Shown here: one piece after another, positions 32,996 through 43,642 of the stretch | How the letters are laid out: every line of letters starts with the position of its first letter | Position numbering within the stretch: position 1 is the first letter of the stretch | Origin: Terriglobia bacterium | GTDB lineage: Bacteria; Acidobacteriota; Polarisedimenticolia; Polarisedimenticolales; JAIQFR01 | Direction: 5' to 3' | Assembly (NCBI GenBank): GCA_020073205.1 | Contig: JAIQFR010000007.1 | Location: forward strand, 4,073-68,072 | DNA: 64,000 nucleotides | Notes under the pieces: generated by a model | Told to the model about the DNA's origin: nothing | Database searches by the model: none | Seen by the model: the letters and a program-made list of their open reading frames with translations, nothing else | Position numbers and translations under genes: made by a program

Positions 32996-35301
32996 ACGGC
33001 CAGGTTATTCTCCGACGGGTCGACGGTGACCTTCCGCGGCTTCTCGCGCAGCTCGTACCGGAACTCCTTGACGGGCTTGTCCTGGAAGACGACCTTCGCC
33101 TCCCGGGTGCCGCCCGGATAGTCGAGCACGAACGGCACGAAGATCCTCTTGAACGCCGGTCCCTCGGGCTGCTCCAGCCGGCCGCTGAACACGAAGCCAC
33201 CGCCCGCGCCGGGCTCGACCTTCTGCTCGACGTGGATCGTCGGGATCCCCCCTTCGCCGTACCACTCGTCGAAGAACCACCCGAGGTCGACCTTCAGGAC
33301 CTCGCTGGCGACGGCCTTCAGGTCCTCGGTGGTCGCGGGGCCGAAGTTCGCCTTCTCCAGGTACCGGCGGAGGATCGCGAAGAACTTCTCCTCGCCGACC
33401 ATCGTCCGGAGCATGTGCAGGACCAGCGGGCCGCGGTTGTAGAGGAGGCACCAGCGGTCTCGGTCCCCGTCGGGGCCTCCCATGCTGTTGGCGGCTTTGA
33501 GCGGAAGGTCCGGGCAATCGCGGGCCGTGTACATCCGCCACTCCGCGAACATCGTCTTGAAGCCGACCACGCGGCGCTCGTCGGTCTCGCCCGCGCCCAT
33601 CGCGAGGCCGGCGAGGTACTCGGCGAACGACTCCGAGAGCCAGTTCTCCTCGAGGCTGGCGGGGACGAGCTTGTGACCGAACCACTGGTGCGCGATCTCG
33701 TGGGCCACCACCCTGGGGGCTCCGCGCGTGAGGTAGGCCGCGAGCCAATCCTGGCGGGGCTTGTAGGCCTGCGTCGGCAACAGGATCATTCCGGACGGAG
33801 CCATGCCGAACCAGTACTCCGGCACTTCGACGACGTCCAGCTCGTCGAACGGGTACGGGCCCAGGTGGTCGCGGTAGTAGCGGATCAGCTCCCGCGCCAG
33901 GCCGGGGAGCACCTCCACGACGTACTTGTTCGCCATCGCGTAGCTGTGGAGCCGGATGGTGAGGCCGTCGGCCTTCTCCTCGTGGTTCTTGTACTTGCCC
34001 GCGAACACCGCGGGCTGCTCCACGGGCACGGTGCTCGACGACTCCAGCGCGTAATGGTCGCCGTCCTCGCGGAACGCGGTCGTCGTTCCCGAGGCCAGGG
34101 GGTAGTACGGCTTCCGGGTCTTCACCTTGAGCGTGAACGTGTACAGCCCCTGGTCCCAGCCGAACGGGCGCGGGAACCAGGAGGCCCCAAAGAGGTCGAA
34201 GTAGTTGTCGATGGTCTCGCCGCCAAAGCCCGTGAAGATCGCGCCTTCGGTCGAAAAACGGAGCACGATGCGCTCCCCCTTGGCCAGCGGGTGCGGGAGC
34301 TGCACGAGCAGCTCGTCGTAGCGGTGCGAGAACGGGACGTCGGCCCCGGAGGCGTCGACGACCTTGAGGACGCGCAGCCGGTTCTTCTCCGAGGCCCAGT
34401 TGTACGAGTACGGGTCGCGGCCGTTGACGAGCGAGAGGGGGCCGACTCGCAGGTTCCCCCGCACCGCCTCGAAGGTGAGCTCGCTGTCGATGGTCCCCTT
34501 GCGGTTGTCGTCGGTCGCGACGTCCAGATGGGCGTCCTTGAGCGTCCACACGAAGGACCCCTCTCCCTCCCGGGAGATCGCGAGACGACTGAGGGTCCGC
34601 GTGAACCGGACGTCCGTACCCTGGTACTTGGCAAAGGTGGTGAGGGTCTCGTCGAAACCTCTCATCCGGTCCAAGGTGTAGCCCAGGGTCTCCTTCTCCC
34701 CCTCGATCTCCGCGTAGACGTACTGGAGCTTCCCGCCGTTCATCCGGGCCTCGCAGGCCAGGTGGTCGAACTCGAGGTAGCTCCCCTCCGTGACGCGCTT
34801 CCAGATCCTGTCGAACGCGGCGCGGCTGGCGGGCTCGATCGGCTTCGCCGTCCCCGTTCCCGTCTCCCACAGCTCCGGGAGGGTCGGGGCGGCGAAGAAG
34901 ACCACCAGGCGCTCGAACAGATCGCCGACCTCGTGGTTGGCGGGACGCAGGGTGGGAGCGTAGCGGCTCAGGTTGGTCTCGAAGGTCTGCTGGTCGAGCG
35001 GGGCCTCCGGTTTGTAGGCGTAGTGGCCGTGTCCGTCGAAGTAGAAGCCGAGCACGTCGCCCCCCGCCCCCTTGAGTGGGTAGACGGCCCCCTCGTCCAG
35101 ATGAATCTCCATGTGGCCGATCCGTCCCGCCCTGACCCGGACCGCGACCCCCTCCGGCGCCGGCGCGATCGCGCGGTAACCCTGAAGGACCTCGGGCAGA
35201 TTCGCCTCCGCCGCCGGCAGCTCGACTGCCGCGGCGACGCCGGCCGAGAGAACGACCGCTCCCACGAGAAACGTCCCGAAGAAGGCCTTCATCGTGGTCA
35301 T
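32986..35301 (-). CDS. M1-family metallopeptidase (aminopeptidase N-like), secreted
   Basis: Start at MTTMKAFFGTFLVGAVVLSAGVAAA (RBS GGAAGGAG). HEIAHQWFG...ESFAEY zinc-binding motifs. Confidence 0.8.
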   Translation of the reverse strand: MTTMKAFFGTFLVGAVVLSAGVAAAVELPAAEANLPEVLQGYRAIAPAPEGVAVRVRAGRIGHMEIHLDEGAVYPLKGAGGDVLGFYFDGHGHYAYKPEAPLDQQTFETNLSRYAPTLRPANHEVGDLFERLVVFFAAPTLPELWETGTGTAKPIEPASRAAFDRIWKRVTEGSYLEFDHLACEARMNGGKLQYVYAEIEGEKETLGYTLDRMRGFDETLTTFAKYQGTDVRFTRTLSRLAISREGEGSFVWTLKDAHLDVATDDNRKGTIDSELTFEAVRGNLRVGPLSLVNGRDPYSYNWASEKNRLRVLKVVDASGADVPFSHRYDELLVQLPHPLAKGERIVLRFSTEGAIFTGFGGETIDNYFDLFGASWFPRPFGWDQGLYTFTLKVKTRKPYYPLASGTTTAFREDGDHYALESSSTVPVEQPAVFAGKYKNHEEKADGLTIRLHSYAMANKYVVEVLPGLARELIRYYRDHLGPYPFDELDVVEVPEYWFGMAPSGMILLPTQAYKPRQDWLAAYLTRGAPRVVAHEIAHQWFGHKLVPASLEENWLSESFAEYLAGLAMGAGETDERRVVGFKTMFAEWRMYTARDCPDLPLKAANSMGGPDGDRDRWCLLYNRGPLVLHMLRTMVGEEKFFAILRRYLEKANFGPATTEDLKAVASEVLKVDLGWFFDEWYGEGGIPTIHVEQKVEPGAGGGFVFSGRLEQPEGPAFKRIFVPFVLDYPGGTREAKVVFQDKPVKEFRYELREKPRKVTVDPSENNLAVYR

Positions 35302-35399
35302 CTCCTTCCGAACTCGCCCCGCCGCTCTTATACGCCCGCGCGCACGCCGGCGACAAGCGACGGGAACGAGCGTTCGCTCCGCCGTGATGCGACGAGCCG

Positions 35400-37484
35400 C
35401 TAGGGGCGATCTCCGCCGGCTTCCTCCGCGGCCCTGAGATTGGCGCGAGCCTGGTCGAACTCCGGCTGGAGCCGCACCGCCTGCCGGAAGTGCTCGAGCG
35501 CCTCCGCGCTGCGGCTCAGGTGGGCCAGGGCGACGCCGAGGTTGTTGTGGGCCTCGGCGAAATCGGGACGGACCCCGAGCGCCTCCCGGAATCGCTCGAT
35601 CGCCTCGGACAGCCGGTTCGCCGCCGTCAAGGCCAGCCCGAGATTGTTGAGTGCCTCGGCGGAGTCCGGCTTCAAGCGCAGCGCCTCGCCGAACTGCTCG
35701 ATGGCCGCGTCGACCCGGCCCGCGCCCACCAGGGCGTTGCCCAGGCCGAGGTGGGTCCCCGCGGAGCCGGGCCTGAGGCGCACGGCGCGCTCGAGCTGCG
35801 CGATCGCTTCGCTTCGCCGCCCGACCCTGTCCAGCGCGTAGCCCAGGTTCCCGCAAGCATCGGCGAGGTCCGGATTCAGCCGGAGCGCCTGCTCGTACTG
35901 CTCGATCGCCTCGGTGACTCGGCCCTGCCGGACGAGAGCGACTCCCAGGTTGTTGTGGGCCTCGGCGGAGCCCGGCCTCAGTCGAAGCGCCCGGTCGTAC
36001 TGGTCGATCGCCTCCGGGATACGTCCCTGCTGCGCGAACGCGATCCCCAGGTCGTTGTGACCGCCGGCGAACCCCGGATGGATCCGAAGGGATTCCGTGT
36101 AACGGACGATGGCCTCGTCCGTCTTGCCCTGCTCGAAGAGCGCTCGTCCGAGGTACTCCTCAGCCAGCCAGTTGTCCGAAGTCACCGCCAGGGCGTGCCC
36201 GTACAGCGCTTCGCTGCCGGCCCAGTGACCGACCTGGGCGCGGGTGGCGGGGAGAAGCGCGACGAGCGACGCGGCGCAGGCTCCGGCGATCGCGTACCGG
36301 GTCCTTCGGTCCCTCCTCCCGAGCTCCGACAGTCCCCAGGCGATCGCGACGAAGATGCCGATCAGCGGAACGTAGGTGTACCGATCCGCCATCGCTTGCG
36401 AGCCGACCTGGATCAGACCGATCACTGGAACCAGCGTGCCCAGGTACCAGAGCCAGCCGAACGCGAGGAACGGAGCCCTCGACGCCAATCGGAGCGAGAT
36501 CCCCGTGACCGCCGCGAGGACGAGCGCCGCCGCGGCCACGGGCCACGTGGCGGGGCTCGCGTGCGGGTGGGGATAGAAGACCGCCAGCGACGCCGGCCAG
36601 AGGGTCTTGCCGAGGTATGACACGTAGGCCAGCGCCGCGTTCGCGAGGCGCTCGCCGAAGGTGAAGTCCTGCAGGGTCTCGACGGATCCGCCGCTCCGCT
36701 GGGCGGCGAAGGTCACGACGCAGGAGGCCACCGACATCAAGACGAGGGGCGCCTTCTCCAGCAGGAGCCGTGGGAGCGCTTCCCGGGACTCGCCCGGAGG
36801 AGGCGCGAGCCGGCGGAGCGGCCAGAAGTCCAGGAGCAGGAGTGTGAAGGGGAGCGTCACCGGCATGGGCTTGGCCATCAGCGCGGCCGCGTAGAGCGCC
36901 ACCACGAGGGCGTAGCGCACGGCCGTTCTCGACCCGAGGTACCCGAGCCAGGCCGCGAGGGTCAGCAGCCAGAAGAGGGTGCTGAGCACGTCCTTCCTCT
37001 CCGCGATCCAGGCGACCGACTCGACGTGGAGAGGGTGGACCGCGAAGAGGGCGGCGACGAAAGCGCAACGCCAGAGAGCACCGGTCACCCGGACGAGGAG
37101 GAGAAACAGCAACAACGCATTCGCGGCGTGGAGGATCAGGCTCGTCGAGTGGTGCTTCCCGGCGTCGAGCCCGTAGAGCTGTACGTCGAGCATGTGGGAG
37201 AGCCAGGTGAGAGGGTGCCAGTTGGCCTGGTCGGTGGTGGTGAAGGCCCACGCGACGGAGTCTCCGTTGAGCCCCGCCTGGACGTGCGGGTTCTCGGTGA
37301 CGTAGACCTGATCGTCGTAGTTGACGAAGCCGTTCCGGAGGACGCCCGGGTACGCGGCGAGGATCAAGACGAGCAGCGCCGCGGAGATCACCGCGACGCG
37401 GGCCGGGCGGGTGCCGGTGGCCGGCGCGGCCGAGCTCTCCGGCGCGCGCCGGGACGCGGCGACGCGACGACCGGCTCCCGTCAT
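35400..37484 (-). CDS. TMTC-like membrane protein: N-terminal multi-TM DUF1736/PMT-like domain plus C-terminal TPR repeats
   Basis: NYDDQVYVTENPHV...WHPLTWLSHMLD...HPLHVESVAWIAERKDVL, followed by at least 7 TPR units (AEAHNNLGVAL...). Confidence 0.7.
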   Translation of the reverse strand: MTGAGRRVAASRRAPESSAAPATGTRPARVAVISAALLVLILAAYPGVLRNGFVNYDDQVYVTENPHVQAGLNGDSVAWAFTTTDQANWHPLTWLSHMLDVQLYGLDAGKHHSTSLILHAANALLLFLLLVRVTGALWRCAFVAALFAVHPLHVESVAWIAERKDVLSTLFWLLTLAAWLGYLGSRTAVRYALVVALYAAALMAKPMPVTLPFTLLLLDFWPLRRLAPPPGESREALPRLLLEKAPLVLMSVASCVVTFAAQRSGGSVETLQDFTFGERLANAALAYVSYLGKTLWPASLAVFYPHPHASPATWPVAAAALVLAAVTGISLRLASRAPFLAFGWLWYLGTLVPVIGLIQVGSQAMADRYTYVPLIGIFVAIAWGLSELGRRDRRTRYAIAGACAASLVALLPATRAQVGHWAGSEALYGHALAVTSDNWLAEEYLGRALFEQGKTDEAIVRYTESLRIHPGFAGGHNDLGIAFAQQGRIPEAIDQYDRALRLRPGSAEAHNNLGVALVRQGRVTEAIEQYEQALRLNPDLADACGNLGYALDRVGRRSEAIAQLERAVRLRPGSAGTHLGLGNALVGAGRVDAAIEQFGEALRLKPDSAEALNNLGLALTAANRLSEAIERFREALGVRPDFAEAHNNLGVALAHLSRSAEALEHFRQAVRLQPEFDQARANLRAAEEAGGDRP

Positions 37485-37618
37485 CGTGCCCCCGAGCGGC
37501 CCGGTTTCCGGGCCACCGGGACCCGGAGCGGTGCTGGGCCGCGCTCCGGGGATATTCTAGGGTGTGCCGGGGCGAGGAAGCAGGTGCCTCGATGGACCCG
37601 GGGCGAGGGGATGCCGGC

Positions 37619-38377
37619 ATGGTGGATTCCACGCAGCGCTTCTCCGGGCGGGTGGAGAATTACGTCAAGTACCGGCCGCCCTACCCCGAGGCCGTCCTCG
37701 AGGCGCTCACGGCCGATTGCGGCCTCACCGGTGCCTCTGAGATCGCGGACGTCGGCTCGGGAACGGGGATCCTGACCGAGTTGTTCTTGAAGCACGGGAA
37801 CCCGGTCTCCGCCGTGGAGCCGAATCGCGAGATGCGGGAGGCCGCCGAGCACCTGCTCCGCGGATACCCGCGTTGCCGCAGCATCGAAGGAACGGCGGAA
37901 GCGACGACCCTTCCGGCGCGGAGCGTGGATTTCGTTGCGTCGGGCCAGGCGTTCCATTGGTTCGATCGAGCGAAGGCCGGGGAGGAGTTCGTGAGGATCC
38001 TCCGGCCCGGCGGGTGGGTGGTGCTGATCTGGAACGAGCGGCTGACGACGTCGACGCCCTTTCTCCTCAGGTACGAGGAGCTGCTGCTCCGCCACGCGAC
38101 GGACTACGAGCAGGTCGATCATCGGAGAATCGACTCCGCCGCGCTCTCCGCGTTCTACGGGGCTGCCGGCTTCGAAACGCGGCTCTTCGACAACCGGCAG
38201 ACCTTCGACCACGAAGGGTTGAAGGGGAGGCTCCTGTCGTCGTCCTACGTTCCCGTCGAAGGACACCCCCGCCACGAGGCGATGCTCGCCGAGCTCTCCG
38301 AGCTCTTCGAAGCTCACCAATCGGAGAGCCGGGTCGTCTTCGAGTACGTCACGAAGCTCTACTACGGTCGCCTCTGA
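37619..38377 (+). CDS. Class I SAM-dependent methyltransferase
   Basis: VADVGSGTGILTE (motif I), Methyltransf_11-like. A GTG at 37562 is an alternative start. Confidence 0.7.
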   Translation: MVDSTQRFSGRVENYVKYRPPYPEAVLEALTADCGLTGASEIADVGSGTGILTELFLKHGNPVSAVEPNREMREAAEHLLRGYPRCRSIEGTAEATTLPARSVDFVASGQAFHWFDRAKAGEEFVRILRPGGWVVLIWNERLTTSTPFLLRYEELLLRHATDYEQVDHRRIDSAALSAFYGAAGFETRLFDNRQTFDHEGLKGRLLSSSYVPVEGHPRHEAMLAELSELFEAHQSESRVVFEYVTKLYYGRL

Positions 38378-38406
38378 GCGCGGAACCGCTCTGGGTCTCC
38401 GCGCCC

Positions 38407-41400
38407 TCAGGGAAGCCGCAGGACGGTGGTGCCGGCCTCGCTCACGGCGAACGCGCTCGTAAACTCCACCGCCGGGATCGACAGGACGTAGCTCCCCGGG
38501 GCGAGGTTCCGTAGCGTCAGGCTCGGCTGCGAGACGGCGAGCCGCCCCTCCAGGTTGGCCAGGGAAAGGACCGCCGGCTGGCCCGCCGCGTTCGTGATCG
38601 TGCCGGTCGCGGTGCCGGCCGCGAGCGTCCGGGGTCCCGCTTGCACGAGGACCGATCCGCCCGGAGTGAGGAAGATCGCCACGGTCGAGGACGGGACGTT
38701 GACCCCGTCGAGACGGGCCGGCGCGTACCCCGATGCTCCGGCGAGCAACGTGTAGGTTCCCGGCTGCAGGGACGGGATCGCGCCCTGCCCCTCCCCGTCC
38801 AGGGCGATCGCCGACGGACCGAACACGGTCGATCCTCGGGGATCGAGGACGCGCACCATCACGCCGCGCAGGGGCAGAGCGAAGAGGCCGTCCTGCACCC
38901 TGATGCCGATGCCGGACCCGCGGGCGAGCTCGATGACCAGGCCGCCGGTCCCCTGTTCGGAAGCGCTCACGTCGCGCTTGTCGAGCTGGTAGTCGGGCCT
39001 GCTGGTGATCAGCGTGTAAGCCCCTTCGTCGAGATTCGAGAAGGAGAATTGACCGTCGCTATCCGTCGTGGCCGGTCGCTGCCCGATGCCGCCCGTCGCG
39101 CCCGGATCCCGCGCCGCGATCGTCACGGTGGCGTCGGCCAGAGGCGCTTTACCCCCGGCATCCACCACTTGCCCGGCGATCTTCGCGCTGGGAAACGCGA
39201 TGTCGAGGACCTCATCGGAGGTCAGGGTGACGCTCTGGCGCCGGGTGGAGCCGGAGGCCATCGAGAGCGCGCTGACCGTGTACGTCCCCTCCTGGAGCCC
39301 GTCGAGCCGGTACGCCCCGGCGTCGTCGGTGACCACGGAGGCCTGGCGTCCACCGCCTCCCGCGAGGACGGCGAACACGTTGGCGCCCGCCACGGGCTGG
39401 CTCGACCGGGTGATGCGGCCGGACAGCGTGAGTCCCTGGTCGAAGGCGAGCTGGACGGAAAGGACGGGCTGGTCCGTGGAAGCGGTGACCTGCCGGGTCG
39501 CGCTGCGGGTGGAGCCGGCGGGGTCGTCCGCCGTGCCCCGCAGGGTCACGAGTCCGGCCGGGACGTTGTCGATCTCGAAGTGCCCGTCGGCCGCCGGCCG
39601 TGTGGACTGGAAATAAGCCCCGGACGCGCTCGCGGTGACCGTCGTGGATCCGAGGAGGCCGTCCGGCAGCCCGGTCAACGTGCCCTCGATGGTGACGCCG
39701 GACTGGAGCTGCAATGCGAGGCTCTCCTGCGACCGGCCGGCCTCGAGCACGACGTCGAGCGGCGCGCTGGCCCGCGATCCGAGCGAGGCGGTGAGCGTGT
39801 ACCGTCCCGCGCTCAGATGAGCGAAGCGGAACGACCCCGCGCCGTCGGTGATGCTCGAGGGGCCGCCCATGAGAGCGCCGAGACCGAACCCGGCACCGCC
39901 CGCCGGCGAGAGCGACACGTCGGCCCCCGGCGCCGGCTGTCCCGTATCCAGCGCCACGACCCCGGCCAGCACGCCTCCCTGGGACATGCGGATCTCGACG
40001 CTGGCCCCGTCCTCCTTCACGTCGACGGACTGGACGGCGTCGGCGTAGTCCGGATGGGTGGCGTGGAGCATCTGCTCGCCCGCGCCGATCCCGTCGAACT
40101 CGAACCGCCCCTCGGCGTCGGTGCCCACGCCGCCGTCGGCGACGTCCTGCATCACCGCCCCCATCGCCGGTCGCTGACCCGTCGGCGCGAGCGAGACCGC
40201 GGCGTTCGGAGTCGCGGCTCCGGTCTCCGCGTCCAGGACGCGCCCTTTCAGCGCCGCGCCCCTTGCGACCCGCACCTCGACGTGTTCGCGCGTCGACCCC
40301 TCTTCCACCACAACGCCCCCGACGTGGGCCGGCTGGCAGCCCGGTGCGGTGACCACGACGCTCCAGGTCCCGGCAGGGACGTCCTCGAGCGTGAACGCGC
40401 CATCGTCGCCGTGCGCTGCCACCGGCTGGCCCGGCCCGCCCACTCCGAGCGCGCCGCCGCGCGCCGCCGCCCGAAATCCGCCGCCGCGATCCGGCTCGTA
40501 CGAGACCGTGAAGTCGGTGAGCGGCGTCCCGCTGGCCGCCTCGAGCGCGGTTCCGGTGATGCGACCGGCTCCCGCCACCGCGATTCGCACGTCGTAGGAC
40601 GGCGCCGTGACGCCTCGCTTGCCCTCGGCAGGCCCGGCGGGTCCGAAGAGCCTCAAGTCGTAGGTCTGGCCGGCCTTGAGGCCTTCGATGGTGAATCCTC
40701 CGTCGGGCGCGGTGGGCGGATCGGTGGGCGAGCGAAAGGCGGCGCCGAAGGCGCGGCTGCCTCGAGCGTCCGCGGAAACCACGAACCCTTCGGCGCCTTC
40801 CCCGGACCGGCGCACGACGCGCCCCGAGATGGTCGCGCCCGGGTGGAGGGTCACGTCGACCGCCTTCGGAGAACCGCCGGCCGGCACCTTGACGGTGACC
40901 ACCTCCGTCGCATAGGTCACGCGCTTCACGGTGACCTGGTACTCGCCGGGTGCCACGCCGCGGATCGTGAAACGACCCTCGGGTCCCGTGGTATCGCCCT
41001 TCCGCTCCGCGTTACCCGAGGCGGCGAGGCTCCCGATCGCCCGGACGCCGGCCCGCGCGCCCACGCCTGCGAACGACGGCGCCTGGTAGATCTCCACGTC
41101 GGCGCCGGGAACCGGCCGGTCATCGCCGTCCTTGACGGTGCCGGTGACCACCGCTCCCCGGGTGAGCACGACCGAGACGCCGGACTTCGCCGCGCCGGGA
41201 AGTAGCGTCAGTCCGCCGACCCTCGCGCGCTCGAAGTCGGGGTGGGAAACTTCGAGGATCTGGCTCTCCCCCGGGGCGAGTCGGTTCGCCTTGAACGTGC
41301 CGTCGGTCCGGCTGCGGAACGCGGGCGGTTCGGCCCGGAGCCACCTCCGGAGCGTCCGCGCGGGCGGAACGTTGCCGGTCGGGATGAGCGAGCCCCGGGC

Positions 41401-42606
41401 ATCCGCGACGGGCTTCCCGTCCGAATCGATGACGCGGCCCGAGAGCGTCGCGCCGAGCACGAGGGGAACGTCGACCTTCTTCGTCTCGCCCACGGCCAGC
41501 GGGACGCTGCGCCGCGTCCAGACGACGTAGCGGGGCTCGTCGGCGCGCAGCGACCAGGACCGTGGGGGGAGCGCACGCAGCGCGTAGGCTCCGTCGGGCC
41601 CCGATCGGGCGACCCGCTTCCTTCCGGCCGAGCGCACCTCGATCCTCGTGCGCGGCACCGGTCGCCCCGACTTGGCGTCGACCGTGCGGCCGAGCAGGGT
41701 CGCCGGCGGTTCGAGGACGAGCGCGAGCGGCTTTCCGTCGACGAGGGGCAGCTTCACCCCTCCCTGCTCCACATAGCCGGTCTCGCCGTCGTCGGCGATC
41801 ACCGTCACCGCCCCGGTCGGCGCGTCGGTCAAAGTGAACCTGCCGTCGCTCTCCGTTTCCACCCATCTCGTGGCGACCCGTGCTTCGACCCGCACGAGCG
41901 CACCCGCGGCGGGGGAGACACGGTCCGCCTTTCGCACGATCCCCGAAACCGAGACGCCGCGTCCCAGGACGATCGGCCTCGCCAAGGTGCCGGCCTTCAC
42001 CTGCGTGACGCGCCCGGCCTGGAGCCCCACCCTTTCCACGGCGAGCGTGTTGCCCGATGCACTGGCGTCGTCGAAGCGGAAACCGCCGTCGACCGACGTG
42101 AGCGTGCGCCGTGGAGCGGCCTCGATCTCGGGATCACCGAGGCGATCGGGTTGCGCCAGGAGGACGACCTCGGCATTCCCGACCGGCGCTCCCGACGCGT
42201 CGGTCACCTTGCCTGCCAGTTTCTCGCCCTTGAGGACGACGTGCTCGCCCAGGTCCTCGATCTCCGAGGCGTCGAACACACCGGCGAGCGCGACGGCGAC
42301 CGCGCCGCCCCCCTCGGCCCGAACGGTGAAGAGCTTCTCCTCGCCCGGCTGGGCGGTCACGGCCAGAGTGAACGACCCATCGAGTCCCGTCGTGACGGAC
42401 GCCAAGGGCGGCGGCGGCGGTCCTCGTCGCGCGTCGCGGCGGGCCTCCTCGGTGGGGGTCTCGTACGGAATCGCGGACACGGACACCCCCGCCGCCGGGC
42501 GATCGATGAGGATCAGGCGTCCCCGGAGTTGCCCGGCGCGGGACGCGCCGACGGCCGCGAGGATCGATGCCGTCAACCCGATGGAACGCACGAACGAAGG
42601 TCTCAT
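38407..42606 (-). CDS. Very large secreted protein composed of carboxypeptidase-regulatory-like domain repeats
   Basis: Start at MRPSFVRSIGLTASILAAVGA (RBS GGACAGAGGG). Repeated G.V.D..GAPV..A.V motifs. About 1400 aa. Confidence 0.6.
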   Translation of the reverse strand: MRPSFVRSIGLTASILAAVGASRAGQLRGRLILIDRPAAGVSVSAIPYETPTEEARRDARRGPPPPPLASVTTGLDGSFTLAVTAQPGEEKLFTVRAEGGGAVAVALAGVFDASEIEDLGEHVVLKGEKLAGKVTDASGAPVGNAEVVLLAQPDRLGDPEIEAAPRRTLTSVDGGFRFDDASASGNTLAVERVGLQAGRVTQVKAGTLARPIVLGRGVSVSGIVRKADRVSPAAGALVRVEARVATRWVETESDGRFTLTDAPTGAVTVIADDGETGYVEQGGVKLPLVDGKPLALVLEPPATLLGRTVDAKSGRPVPRTRIEVRSAGRKRVARSGPDGAYALRALPPRSWSLRADEPRYVVWTRRSVPLAVGETKKVDVPLVLGATLSGRVIDSDGKPVADARGSLIPTGNVPPARTLRRWLRAEPPAFRSRTDGTFKANRLAPGESQILEVSHPDFERARVGGLTLLPGAAKSGVSVVLTRGAVVTGTVKDGDDRPVPGADVEIYQAPSFAGVGARAGVRAIGSLAASGNAERKGDTTGPEGRFTIRGVAPGEYQVTVKRVTYATEVVTVKVPAGGSPKAVDVTLHPGATISGRVVRRSGEGAEGFVVSADARGSRAFGAAFRSPTDPPTAPDGGFTIEGLKAGQTYDLRLFGPAGPAEGKRGVTAPSYDVRIAVAGAGRITGTALEAASGTPLTDFTVSYEPDRGGGFRAAARGGALGVGGPGQPVAAHGDDGAFTLEDVPAGTWSVVVTAPGCQPAHVGGVVVEEGSTREHVEVRVARGAALKGRVLDAETGAATPNAAVSLAPTGQRPAMGAVMQDVADGGVGTDAEGRFEFDGIGAGEQMLHATHPDYADAVQSVDVKEDGASVEIRMSQGGVLAGVVALDTGQPAPGADVSLSPAGGAGFGLGALMGGPSSITDGAGSFRFAHLSAGRYTLTASLGSRASAPLDVVLEAGRSQESLALQLQSGVTIEGTLTGLPDGLLGSTTVTASASGAYFQSTRPAADGHFEIDNVPAGLVTLRGTADDPAGSTRSATRQVTASTDQPVLSVQLAFDQGLTLSGRITRSSQPVAGANVFAVLAGGGGRQASVVTDDAGAYRLDGLQEGTYTVSALSMASGSTRRQSVTLTSDEVLDIAFPSAKIAGQVVDAGGKAPLADATVTIAARDPGATGGIGQRPATTDSDGQFSFSNLDEGAYTLITSRPDYQLDKRDVSASEQGTGGLVIELARGSGIGIRVQDGLFALPLRGVMVRVLDPRGSTVFGPSAIALDGEGQGAIPSLQPGTYTLLAGASGYAPARLDGVNVPSSTVAIFLTPGGSVLVQAGPRTLAAGTATGTITNAAGQPAVLSLANLEGRLAVSQPSLTLRNLAPGSYVLSIPAVEFTSAFAVSEAGTTVLRLP

Positions 42607-42888
42607 GGGCCGCCCTCTGTCCTCCCGCTCGCGGCTCATGGGTCGCGAGAAGGTGAGCGTCGTGGCACGGGACCGCCGGTACGAGTCAACGAGCAAGGTC
42701 CACCGAGCCCCGGCGATGCATGGTACCCGACGCGGTCGTCCCTACCCGTAAAGTCCCCGCAAAAGAATCGTAACGAGTGTGAAGCCCCCGGAACCCCCTC
42801 GGCCGGGGGACAGGAGTTTGCCTCGATCGGCAGCCTTCGGACGACCCGCTCCGTGGTAGGATCGGCCCTTTCAGAGGAGGGCTCGATC

Positions 42889-43206
42889 GTGCGGAATCGG
42901 CGTCGCAACCCCATCAGGCATCAGGTCCGGACGATCCGTAAGGCGCTCGCGTCGATCGAGCGTACGCTCGCTAGGCTCGTCGCGGTCACGAATGGCGACG
43001 GCCGGGGTGTCGCCTCCTCGACGGGGCAGGCTCGGCGGCGTCTGAAGCTGTCGCCGGCGCGCCGGGCGGCCCTCGAGATCCAGGGACGTTACATGGGTTC
43101 CCTTCGGCCTCTGAAACCGAGGCAGAAGGCGCGGGTCAAAGAGCTGAGGGCAAGAAAGGGACTCCCCGCGGCGATCGCACTGGCGAAACGGCTCGCAAGA
43201 AGATGA
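42889..43206 (+). CDS. Small basic hypothetical protein (105 aa)
   Basis: GTG start 7 nt after AGAGGAGGG. Arg/Lys-rich. Could be spurious. Confidence 0.3.
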   Translation: MRNRRRNPIRHQVRTIRKALASIERTLARLVAVTNGDGRGVASSTGQARRRLKLSPARRAALEIQGRYMGSLRPLKPRQKARVKELRARKGLPAAIALAKRLARR

Positions 43207-43215
43207 TCGAGCGGA

Positions 43216-43500
43216 CTACTCGCCGGCCCCGCGCGGCCGCATCAACATCGCGTCGATCTCGGCCTCGGCCTCGATCCAGTCACGGCTCGGATCGCCGCCT
43301 TGGAAGCCCCGGCGCTCGGCCTTGAGATAAGCGGACTCCGCGATCAGCCTCTGGCGCTCCTCGGGTGGGATGCCCTTCCGGGGCCTTCCGCCCTTGACGG
43401 CCGCCGCTTTTTTCGGGTTCCCAGCCTCCGCGGCGGCCGAAGTCGCCTTCGTTCTCGTCGCGCTGGTCTTCTTCGTCGGGACCTTCCGTTCCGATTCCAT
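43216..43500 (-). CDS. DUF2934-family protein
   Basis: ERQRLIAESAYLKAERRGFQGGDPSRDWIEAEAEI matches the DUF2934 signature. Confidence 0.5.
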   Translation of the reverse strand: MESERKVPTKKTSATRTKATSAAAEAGNPKKAAAVKGGRPRKGIPPEERQRLIAESAYLKAERRGFQGGDPSRDWIEAEAEIDAMLMRPRGAGE

Positions 43501-43642
43501 TGTTTCCGGTGCCTCCTCAGGGTTCCGTCTCGCGTGCATTATGCACAGATCGGTCCCCTTTGTCTGCCCCCAGGGCGCCGCGTGGACAGGGGGCTCGCGC
43601 GGGGCGTATCCTCGGATCGATCACGACTCCCAAGGAGGTCCC

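Noticed and set aside
30770-35403. ORFs 30770..32581 (-), 30964..35403 (+, 1479 aa) and 33005..35356 (-) over the flotillin and M1 peptidase genes
   Set aside because: Frames without recognisable motifs. The flotillin and HEIAHQWFG-containing frames explain the region.
38641-43206. ORFs 38641..41205 (+, 854 aa) and most of 41242..43206 (+)
   Set aside because: Antisense to the 1400-aa CarboxypepD_reg protein. Only the last 105 codons (42889..43206), which have their own RBS, were kept as a weak candidate.
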